A stretch of DNA of 64,000 nucleotides from Pseudomonadales bacterium (GTDB lineage: Bacteria; Pseudomonadota; Gammaproteobacteria; Pseudomonadales; CAWVSB01), in the NCBI GenBank assembly GCA_046710535.1, contig JBKEHH010000015.1, forward strand, positions 3,525 through 67,524, given 5' to 3'. The notes under the pieces were generated by a model. It was not told where the DNA came from and searched no databases. It saw nothing but the letters and a program-made list of their open reading frames with translations. Positions 42,384-49,975 of this stretch are shown here, piece after piece (the stretch's first letter is position 1; each line of letters begins with the position of its first letter). A program made the translations under genes and the position numbers.

Positions 42384-42770
42384 ATGTCTAAGAGTTATGA
42401 AGTCCAAGGGAATATTCACACCATTGGTGAAACCACCGAATATGGTAACAACGGTTTTACCAAGCGTGAATTTGTTATCAAGCTATCGGGTGAGGGCGAA
42501 AACACGGCCTATCCTAATTATGTGGCTTTAGAGCTGATCAAAGACAAGTGCGCCTTAATGGATAGCTATCAAGTGGGTAGCGAGGTAGTGGCTCATTTTA
42601 ATATTTCAGGCCGCTTATGGACATCTAAAGAAAATGTTGAAAAGTGTTTTTCTAGCCTGCAAGCATGGCGGGTAGATGCAGTAGGTAGTGCGCCAGAGCA
42701 AAGCGGTTTTGCCGAACCGCCGCCTTTTAATGAGGTACCTGGCGACTATGACGACGATATTCCTTTCTAA
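42384..42770 (+). CDS. DUF3127-like OB-fold protein with an SSB-type C-terminal tail
   Basis: 128 aa. The N-terminal ~100 aa follow the DUF3127 pattern (G.I..IGE....G..KREFVI....YPN.V..EL..DK....D...VGSEV..HFNISGR.W......L.AWRV). A Pro/Gly-rich linker then leads to the terminal DYDDDIPF. Confidence 0.7.
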   Translation: MSKSYEVQGNIHTIGETTEYGNNGFTKREFVIKLSGEGENTAYPNYVALELIKDKCALMDSYQVGSEVVAHFNISGRLWTSKENVEKCFSSLQAWRVDAVGSAPEQSGFAEPPPFNEVPGDYDDDIPF

Positions 42771-42825
42771 ACAGAACATTTAGTCAACAGTGTGCGCCGC
42801 GACTTGACCACTACAGTAGTAACAG

Positions 42826-43278
42826 ATGATTAATTCCCTCACCGCAAAATTGCTCAAGGTCTTGCTTTGGTTAACTAGAAACCAGCAGCCCTACGTGATC
42901 GATACAGATTATCTGGTTAGGTATTACATTATCCCCAAAAACCGGATATTTAATATCTACCTACACTACTTTACTGGCAGTGACGCCCCTACGCCCCACG
43001 ACCATCCGTGGTGGAGCTTAGGGCTAATTCTTAAAGGCCGTTATATCGAACACACCGCCAAAGGCAGGTTTGTGCGTAAAACCGGCGCGCTATCGCTACG
43101 CACCCCATCAACAATCCATTGGATTGAAATTGACCAGCCGATTTATACACTATTTATTACCGGCCCCAACCGACATCAATGGGGCTTCTTCTGTGAAGAC
43201 GGTAAGTATTACCAACATGAAGAATATATGCGCCGCCGTGGCCCCGACCGCCTAGCCAGTGGCTGTGGTGAGCCTTAA
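42826..43278 (+). CDS. Conserved hypothetical protein with HDHPW motif (possible cupin-like fold)
   Basis: 150 aa containing YLVRYYIIPKNRIFNIYLHYFTGSD...HDHPWWSLGLILKGRYIEH...LFITGPNRHQWGFF. I recognise the sequence pattern but know of no characterised function. Confidence 0.55.
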   Translation: MINSLTAKLLKVLLWLTRNQQPYVIDTDYLVRYYIIPKNRIFNIYLHYFTGSDAPTPHDHPWWSLGLILKGRYIEHTAKGRFVRKTGALSLRTPSTIHWIEIDQPIYTLFITGPNRHQWGFFCEDGKYYQHEEYMRRRGPDRLASGCGEP

Positions 43279-43652
43279 TGATTAAGGCCTTGGCCATGTC
43301 TTGATTGCGCAGACATTTAAAGCCTGTAGTTTTTTAGGGTAGTAGTCTTTAACCTAAACCAATGTATAACTAAAGCCTGTTGGTATTTTTATCTGGCTGC
43401 TTGCAAGGCTCTAGTATTCGCCCTTCGGCAAGTTGTCGGTGTTTCATTTCCCAAGCTGAAATATAATCTTCCCAGAATCTTAGTTCCTGCTCGACTTCAT
43501 TCAGTAGATTATCGGTCACATGCAACGTTAATTATTTGATTTCAAAAATCCAGTATAAATATTAGCGAGCTGCGCCGCTTAACGGAAACAGCCAATAACT
43601 TGTCTCAATGAGCCAGTATTGAATCGTTTAGAAAATATTGTGAGCGGGTGGC

Positions 43653-44200
43653 TTAACTACTAATCTCATTCCGAGAGGCCTTTGGGCTTTGACCATTCCA
43701 ACCTTTAAACGTCCTAGAAAAGGACGACAACTCTGAAAAGCCTAATATGTAGCTAATTTCTGTAATGGGCAACGTCTCATCAGTAATATAGGCATCAGCC
43801 AGCTCTCTTCTGACGGTAGTGAGCAGTTCTAGAAAACTAGTGTCTCATCAGCTAACCGCCTTGATAAAGTATGTGAGCTCATGTGTAAAACCTCACCACA
43901 TCGCCGTCAGACGGCGCGCCTTAAGCCAGCTGACCAAGTATTATTTGTATTACTTTCGCGCTGGCCGACAGACCCTGTGACTTAGCAAGATAGCTGTCTA
44001 GAATCTGATCATTGCCGCGCGCAATATCACGGTTTTGATCGACAAAATGCCGTTCAGAATCTTGTCTTGAAAACCAAAGCCCAGACTGTGGCTGTTGAAT
44101 TTTAATTCACATCGGAAGAGCGCTTGGTGTTCAGTTATGTCTGCTGGTTCAGGTAATAGAACAGATGGTAGCCGCATGGGCTTCGAGCTAAAAATTATAG
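43653..44200 (-). pseudogene. AraC-family transcriptional regulator remnant (frameshifted, 5' end degenerate)
   Basis: The minus strand gives ...FVDQNRDIARGNDQILDSYLAKSQGLSASAKVIQIILGQLA.. HMSSHTLSRRLADETLVF* and then, in another frame, ELLTTVRRELADAYITDETLPITEISYILGFSELSSFSRTFKGWNGQSPKA, which is a typical AraC double HTH. The 5' boundary is uncertain. Confidence 0.6.
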
Positions 44201-44534
44201 AAGGATCGGGCGTTGTCGAGAGTGAATATCTTGAACCGTATGGTATAGCTAGTCATCATTGTGCCTTATCACAGACTGTAAAAATGGAAGGAATATATCT
44301 CCTTGATGTATTGCAAGAAATGGCTACACAGTACAGAGCGCGGCATAGTGGATAGTTGAGCGCTAAACTGTTGGGAGAATATATTTTAAATTATTTGGTG
44401 GCGTTGATTTATGGCGTTTGGATACACAATATGGAGAATGATGTTTTTCGAAAAATTAAAGAGGGCAGTCCCTTTTTACCTTAATAGTAATAAACTTAGC
44501 GCCATCGGCTAAAGGACTTTTACATTCTAACAAT

Positions 44535-45125
44535 ATGAACGATACCAATAAATACTACCAAGATAATGCCAGCAGTTTTTATAATGCGACTGTTGATATA
44601 GACATGAGCGCAATTTGTCAGCACTTTCTGCCATTAATTTCTACAGGCGGATCGATACTTGATGCAGGTTGTGGCTCTGGCCGTGACGCGTTGTATTTCA
44701 AATTCCGAGGTTATGACACAACCGCCATGGACGCCTCGCCAGCACTTTGTAAGCTCGCTAGGGAATTGTTAGAGCAAGATGTTCATTGTATTGGCTTTAA
44801 AGACATAACTTGGCAGAATCATTTTGACGGAGTGTGGGCATGTGCATCGTTATTACATGTACCTAAGCAAAAGCTTCCTAGCGTTATGACGCGCTTAGCT
44901 AAATCACTTAAACCGGGCGGGGTGATGTATGCATCATTTAAATATGGTGACAACGAGCGAGTTAAAGGCGGAAGAGCTTTTACAGACATGACAGAAGAGA
45001 GTTTTTCCGAGCTTTTAAAATTTGTTCCAGAGCTTAGTTTAAAGGAAAGCTGGGTGACTGCTGATCGCAGAGTTGATGCAGATAAAAATTGGTTGAATGT
45101 TATTTTAAATGCTACTGATTGTTAG
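44535..45125 (+). CDS. Class I SAM-dependent methyltransferase
   Basis: SAM-binding motif I ILDAGCGSGRDALYF and post-I/II regions (DGVWACASLLHV, LKPGGVMY). Confidence 0.8.
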   Translation: MNDTNKYYQDNASSFYNATVDIDMSAICQHFLPLISTGGSILDAGCGSGRDALYFKFRGYDTTAMDASPALCKLARELLEQDVHCIGFKDITWQNHFDGVWACASLLHVPKQKLPSVMTRLAKSLKPGGVMYASFKYGDNERVKGGRAFTDMTEESFSELLKFVPELSLKESWVTADRRVDADKNWLNVILNATDC

Positions 45126-45221
45126 AATAAAAAGGACTGTCGCCTCAGGAATAGTTACTATCAATGCGCTTATAATTACTACCACCAAGCCTGATTTCTA
45201 AGCACGGGAGCTAAATATAAT

Positions 45222-46226
45222 TTGTCATTTTCTGAGCAGAACCTAGCGGTCATATTACCAATAGTGGGCGCTACGTCGGTGCGCTCGACTGAGTCAGTGC
45301 AGTCGCTTTGGAGTGGTTATGGCGAAATTGTTAGGCTTAATCTTCATGGCGCTAACATCCCATCAGTTATTGTTAAGTGGATAGACCCGCCAACAGAGCA
45401 AAACCATCCCAGAGGCTGGAATACCAATCTCTCCCATCAGCGCAAGCTAGACTCCTATCAAGTTGAAATGGCGTGGTATCAGCAATGGTCTACGGCGTGC
45501 GGCGAGCATTGCCGTGTACCAAAGTGCTTGTATGCAGGTGCGCTGGGAAGTGGACAGGTGATTGTCATGGAAGACTTAGATGCCGCAGGTTTTAGCGAGC
45601 GCCGAGATGAGGTTAGCAGGCAAGATATCGAACATTGCTTGTTATGGCTGGCTAGCTTTCATGCCTGGTCGCTAGGTGCAGTTTCTGAAGGGCTATGGCC
45701 TGTCGGCACCTATTGGCATTTGGCGACTCGGCCAGATGAGTATTCTGCAATGAAAAATACCCAGCTAAAAAATGCAGCTAGCGCGATAGATGCGAAACTG
45801 TCGGCTTGTCGTTTTAAATCCTTAGTACATGGTGATGCCAAGCTGGCTAATTTTTGCTTTTCGCCGCTTGGTGTAAGTGCGAGTGAAGATCCAGTGGCTG
45901 CGGTTGATTTTCAATATGTGGGTGGCGGCTGTGGCATGAAAGATGTCGCTTATTTTTTAGGAAGCTGCCTAGATGAGCAGCAGAGTTTTGAACAGCAAGA
46001 TGAACTGCTTGGTTTTTATTTTGCGGCGTTAACCAAGCAGGTATCAATAATTCATCCGGCAATAGATACCGCTGCATTAGAGGCTGAGTGGCGGGGCATG
46101 TACGCGCTAGCCTGTACTGACTTTACTCGGTTTTTAAATGGCTGGATGCCAGGACATTGGAAGCTTAATGGTTATACAGAGAGTTTAGCTGAGCAAGCTT
46201 TTGATCAGTTGGGTTTGGATTTGTAA
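45222..46226 (+). CDS. Protein-kinase-like fold phosphotransferase (APH/choline-kinase/DUF1679-like)
   Basis: 334 aa with a TTG start. Catalytic-loop-like LVHGDAKLANFCF followed by AAVDFQYVGGGCGMKDVAYFL. Confidence 0.65.
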   Translation: MSFSEQNLAVILPIVGATSVRSTESVQSLWSGYGEIVRLNLHGANIPSVIVKWIDPPTEQNHPRGWNTNLSHQRKLDSYQVEMAWYQQWSTACGEHCRVPKCLYAGALGSGQVIVMEDLDAAGFSERRDEVSRQDIEHCLLWLASFHAWSLGAVSEGLWPVGTYWHLATRPDEYSAMKNTQLKNAASAIDAKLSACRFKSLVHGDAKLANFCFSPLGVSASEDPVAAVDFQYVGGGCGMKDVAYFLGSCLDEQQSFEQQDELLGFYFAALTKQVSIIHPAIDTAALEAEWRGMYALACTDFTRFLNGWMPGHWKLNGYTESLAEQAFDQLGLDL

Positions 46227-46266
46227 GAAGAGGACGCATTTATCTGGTGCCATGTGATACTGATTT

Positions 46267-48591
46267 TCAGCTGTCGCCATAGCCAAACTCGTTAATCCAT
46301 GGCGTGACTTGTGGTAGATAATTCGCTAGGTATTTTTCATAGTTTAGCCATCGGTACTGCGCGTCTTTATAAATAGGTTGCACCACCTGGGAATAGCTAG
46401 CGGTTTTAATTCGGCCTCTTTTTATTGCCGTGTCGGTATAATTTTCCATTTGCGGCTCCCAGTCTAAATCTAAAAACTTGAGCAGCGCTGTAGTTTCGCC
46501 GCTAAGGTCGTTTACTAAATCTTCGTATCGTATTGTGTGTACATTTAAATCATGGTCAGCTCTGCAGATTTTAAAGGTTTCCATAGCTATGCAATATAAG
46601 TCCACTATCCGATCTAGATTGACCATATTGGCCATTGCAGGGTTTAGTTTAAAATCTTGCATCCAACTGCTCAAAATTGCATCCATAGGGTGGCGCAACG
46701 CTAATATATATTTAGCTTTAGGATAAAGTTGTTGAATCAACGGCGCATGTATAAGGTTTAGTGGTTGTCTATCGATAAAAACCGAATTTGAGTTCATTTC
46801 ACTGATGTAATTACCCAATACTTCACGATAAACCTTTCTAGCGTCAGCAAGGATATGTGGTGGTAATAAGCGATTTGTTATATCGGTATGACCGTTTTTT
46901 TTAATGAATCCTTTCGCAGTGTTAACAGTACCTGGCTCTTCTGCTACCTCTATACAAGAATGTGATCGTAATATTGTATCCAGCAGTGTTGTCCCTGATC
47001 TTGGAAACCCAATCAGAAACGAAGGAGTAGTGTCTAGTTCATCTGATTTATTATTTGGTGATGTTATAGCCGGCCTTGATTTAAGGTTTGCTAGCTGATT
47101 TTTAGCAGTCTGGAAATAATTCTCTGGGTCAGACTTTGCGAAATGATTTGATTCTTTAGCTAACAAATTCATTTTAGAGAAACAATTATAGGCTTGGTCA
47201 AAATCGTTAGATGATTCAAAGCATTTTGCTTTTAATTCTAAGTAACTTTTTTTGCGATTATCTGCGATCAACTCTATATCAATAGTGTTTATTAATTGAT
47301 GGGCTTCCTCGAATTTTTTATTCCTCCAAAAGAGTTTAGCTTGGTAAAACTGTATGTCGGCAGGTACTGTTTCAAATACTTGGGAAGCTTGTTTCAACCA
47401 AAGGTCCAGTTGTTCGAGTTTATTCAACTTCTCTAACGTCTCGGCACCGTTTGACCAAGCATCAGAATGATCGGGCTTAAGCGCTAGTGCTTTGTTATAA
47501 ACGGTTATAGCACCTTCAAAATTTCCTTGTTCTTGGCGAACAGTCCCTATGTTGTTATAGGCATCTGGGTAATCAGGCTTGAGCGCTAATGCTTTACTAT
47601 AAGCTGCCATTGCCTCGTCAAACTTGCCTTGCTCTTGTAAGTTATTGCCCATATTACAATAAGCTTGAGGATAATTAGGCTTTAGAACTAAGGCCTTGTT
47701 ATAAGCTGTCATGGCTTGTTCAAATTTGCCTTGTTCTTTAAGCGCATTGCCCATGTTGTTATAGGCGTCAGGGTAATTAGGTTTTATTGCTAACGCCTTA
47801 TCGAACGCCGCTATGGCCTCATCAAGGTTGCCTTGGTATTTAAGCACATTGCCCATGTTGTTATAGGCGTTAGCATAGTCAGGTTTAAGAACTAGTGTTT
47901 TCTTGTAAGCGGCTACGGCTTCGTCATACTTACCTTGTTCTTTAAGCGCATTACCCATGTTGTTATAGGCGACAGCATAATTGGGCTTGAAGGTTAGCGC
48001 TTTGTTGTAAGCTTCGATAGCCCGTTCAATTTTACCTTGCTTCTTAAGCGCATTACCCATGTCGTAATAGGCTTCAGGATAATCAGGTTTGAGTGCTAAT
48101 GCTTTGCTGTATGACACAATGGACTCTTCAAGTAGGCCTTGTTGCTGAAGAGCAACCCCTAGATCACAGAAGCCTTCAGCATAGTTTGGGTTAAGTTCAG
48201 TCACTCTTTTGAAAGCCGCTGCCGCGTCCTTTGTTTTACCAAGGCCCAGATTAGCCGCCCCTAAAACATTCCAAAGTATAAAAGTGTCTGGGTACTGCTC
48301 TGTTATCGTTTGAGATCGTTCAATGGTTTCTTTCAGTTGCCCGCTGTTATAGAGGTCTACTACTTGGTTGATTGTCTCTTGTGGCGGGCCTGAAGACACA
48401 GCACTAGCTTTTGGTGCGTTTAATACTGCTAACCCCTGTAGCGCACGTTTATTCTCGGGAAAAGCATTTAATATCATTTGATAAACTTGCTTTGCTGCTA
48501 CTAAGTCACCTTTTTGTGCGCGGGACTGTGCCTTTAAAAACGCCTGATTAACTGAAAGCTTTGCCATATTTAATACGTTTTCCATCCACAT
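46267..48591 (-). CDS. Tetratricopeptide-repeat protein fused to a C-terminal sulfotransferase domain
   Basis: 774 aa with about nine consecutive 34-aa TPR units (PNYAxAYNNMGNALKEQGK...). The C-terminal domain carries the PAPS 5'-phosphosulfate-binding motif GFPRSGTTLLDTIL. Confidence 0.85.
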   Translation of the reverse strand: MWMENVLNMAKLSVNQAFLKAQSRAQKGDLVAAKQVYQMILNAFPENKRALQGLAVLNAPKASAVSSGPPQETINQVVDLYNSGQLKETIERSQTITEQYPDTFILWNVLGAANLGLGKTKDAAAAFKRVTELNPNYAEGFCDLGVALQQQGLLEESIVSYSKALALKPDYPEAYYDMGNALKKQGKIERAIEAYNKALTFKPNYAVAYNNMGNALKEQGKYDEAVAAYKKTLVLKPDYANAYNNMGNVLKYQGNLDEAIAAFDKALAIKPNYPDAYNNMGNALKEQGKFEQAMTAYNKALVLKPNYPQAYCNMGNNLQEQGKFDEAMAAYSKALALKPDYPDAYNNIGTVRQEQGNFEGAITVYNKALALKPDHSDAWSNGAETLEKLNKLEQLDLWLKQASQVFETVPADIQFYQAKLFWRNKKFEEAHQLINTIDIELIADNRKKSYLELKAKCFESSNDFDQAYNCFSKMNLLAKESNHFAKSDPENYFQTAKNQLANLKSRPAITSPNNKSDELDTTPSFLIGFPRSGTTLLDTILRSHSCIEVAEEPGTVNTAKGFIKKNGHTDITNRLLPPHILADARKVYREVLGNYISEMNSNSVFIDRQPLNLIHAPLIQQLYPKAKYILALRHPMDAILSSWMQDFKLNPAMANMVNLDRIVDLYCIAMETFKICRADHDLNVHTIRYEDLVNDLSGETTALLKFLDLDWEPQMENYTDTAIKRGRIKTASYSQVVQPIYKDAQYRWLNYEKYLANYLPQVTPWINEFGYGDS
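47394..48294 (-). repeat. Tandem 102 bp periodicity (TPR units) inside the TPR-sulfotransferase gene
   Basis: Neighbouring units share long near-identical nucleotide stretches (e.g. gcattgcccatgttgttataggcg..., aagcgcattacccatgttgttataggcg...). Coordinates are approximate. Confidence 0.7.
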
Positions 48592-48650
48592 TTATTTAAG
48601 ACAAGCGTTTGTAATTGCGCCCACCTTGGGTAAGCATATCTCATTCGCCT

Positions 48651-48716
48651 TCAGACACGCATAAAAAAGCCCGCTTAAAAAGCGAGGGTTATTTTATATG
48701 CTGCCCGGAGACAGAA
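48651..48716 (-). repeat. att-like unit 1: copy of the tRNA-Phe terminator hairpin plus about 18 nt of the tRNA 3' end
   Basis: cagacacgcataaaaaagcccgcttaaaaagcgagggttattttatatgctgcccggagacagaa aligns with 55640-55703. The segment tgctgcccggagacagaa differs at one position from the tRNA 3' end tggtgcccggagacagaa. Confidence 0.8.
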
Positions 48717-48717
48717 A

Positions 48718-48859
48718 AATCTGAGCAGGCTTTGGGCTGCGCTTGATTCAAATTGCGGTGCAATTTGTCGAACTGGTCGGCTGTTCTGACTCGGGACTTC
48801 CTGTCCCTCGGGCTTTGCCCGACCTAAAGGTCGCCCAAATCGGCTGTCCTGCCGATTTG
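48718..48859. repeat. R block, copy 1 (~140 bp, duplicated at 55477-55628)
   Basis: The core ttgattcaaattgcggtgcaatttgtcgaac...ttctgactcggga...ctgtccctcgggcttt.cccgacctaaaggtcgcccaaatcggctgtcctgccgatttg is shared with copy 2, with about ten differences by eye. It contains several short hairpins. Confidence 0.85.
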
Positions 48860-48870
48860 GCATCTATCAC

Positions 48871-48934
48871 CAGACACACATAAAAAAGCTCCGCTAAAAA
48901 GCGAGGCTTATTTTATGTGGTGCCCGGAGGCGGA
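48871..48934 (-). repeat. att-like unit 2: second copy of the terminator hairpin plus a tRNA-Phe 3' fragment
   Basis: cagacacacataaaaaagctccgctaaaaagcgaggcttattttatgtggtgcccggaggcggaa. The 12 nt tggtgcccggag are identical to the tRNA 3' end, after which the match degrades. Confidence 0.75.
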
Positions 48935-49025
48935 AAACGGCATAGCCGTTTGGCAATCTTTAGGTTGGCCGTAGACCGAGCGCTTGCGCGAGTCAGTCGA
49001 ACCGTTCGATTCTCTCAGGCAATAG

Positions 49026-49069
49026 AATTAAAGGAGTCGTAAAGAATAATCAATCTGACCTCTTTAATT
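49026..49069. repeat. Minimal inverted-repeat pair of the TTAAAGG(G/A)GTC family
   Basis: aattaaaggagtc ... gacctctttaatt are inverted copies with two mismatches, 18 bp apart. They are related to the MITE termini at 49691 and 49836. Confidence 0.6.
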
Positions 49070-49215
49070 CGCTAAAATCTCTGTAAATAATGTGGCAGCT
49101 CAACTGTAGTGATGCTTTTGATCTAACAAAGGCGACCTTTCCACCTCAAGATTAATCCACTTTGAAGAAGGTGACGTACAAACAGTGGTCTATTAATTAA
49201 CATGGGGCAGGTGTA

Positions 49216-49665
49216 ATGAAGCAATCTTATAAAATATTTATGGCTATTGGATTTTCTTTAGCTGCAGGACTGGCATTTACTGCCGAACATAATGTTAAAA
49301 TGCTTAATAATGGCAGCGATGGATTTATGGTTTTTGAACCGGCAGTATTGTCGGTAGAAGTCGGCGATACTGTCACCTTTGTAGCAACTGATATGTCACA
49401 TAATTCAGCTTCTATCGAAGGTATGATTCCAGAAGGAGCTGCCACGTGGTCTGGTCTTAATAGTACCGACATCTCCGTCACCTTTGATAAGGCAGGAGTG
49501 TATGCATATGAGTGCACTCCCCATGCAATGATGGCAATGGTTGGGGTAATTAACGTTGGGCAAAGTAAGGCAAACTTGGCGGCAGTTAAAGCTGCGGCCA
49601 CCAGTAAAAAGACTAGTTTTGTTACCAACAAAGACAGGTTAGACGGTTACCTTGCTCAATTGTAG
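49216..49665 (+). CDS. Pseudoazurin (type 1 blue copper protein)
   Basis: Signal peptide plus cupredoxin ligand pattern ...H...YECTPHAMMAMVG (Cys-x2-His-x4-Met). Confidence 0.85.
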   Translation: MKQSYKIFMAIGFSLAAGLAFTAEHNVKMLNNGSDGFMVFEPAVLSVEVGDTVTFVATDMSHNSASIEGMIPEGAATWSGLNSTDISVTFDKAGVYAYECTPHAMMAMVGVINVGQSKANLAAVKAAATSKKTSFVTNKDRLDGYLAQL

Positions 49666-49690
49666 TACCTAAGATAAATTAGTTAATAAA

Positions 49691-49836
49691 TTAAAGGGGT
49701 CAGAGCCCTTTCTCAACTTTTACGTTAACAGGACGTCCTCGTCGCGCAAAATCCCACTTCACACTGAAGTTGTAGTTCAACACTTCAATGAAAACATCAT
49801 TTTCTTGGATTGCTAAAAGGGCTCTGACCCCTTTAA
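49691..49836. mobile_element. 146 bp MITE with perfect 20 bp terminal inverted repeats
   Basis: The left end ttaaaggggtcagagccctt and the right end aagggctctgacccctttaa are exact reverse complements. The interior has no ORF. Confidence 0.75.
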
Positions 49837-49844
49837 TTTAAGAC

Positions 49845-49860
49845 TTAAAGGGGTCGCATT
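49845..49860 (+). repeat. Solo TTAAAGGGGTCG terminus
   Basis: ttaaaggggtcgcatt lies 8 bp after the MITE. It has the same 12 nt as the terminus at 54957. Confidence 0.6.
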
Positions 49861-49975
49861 TATTTTCAATATATTTCTACGTCGCCGAGCCGCCTCAAAA
49901 TGAATACGGCACTTTAATTTATTCGAAATTATGAAAAGAGCTTTCGGATGGTAGTTTTTTATGCCGGCTTGGTTT

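Noticed and set aside
44095-44355. 86 aa ORF (TTG start) as a real gene
   Set aside because: It lies antisense to degenerate AraC N-terminal-domain remnants. It has no recognisable motifs or RBS, and it sits in a decayed region.
48675-48863. 62 aa ORF (and its 79 aa counterpart at 55411-55650) sharing NRQDSRFGRPLGR.KPEGQ as a conserved small protein
   Set aside because: All nucleotide differences between the two copies are non-synonymous. The ORFs run through terminator hairpins and att-like repeats, and they lack convincing ribosome-binding sites. The conservation is better explained at the DNA or RNA level.
48917-49020. Possible second tRNA or tRNA-like gene ending in ...ccgggcacca on the minus strand
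   Set aside because: Only the last ~12 nt match tRNA-Phe. There is no complementary 5' acceptor strand, D-arm or anticodon arm, and the gaaccgttcgattc segment does not sit at T-arm distance. It is a 3' fragment, not a gene.
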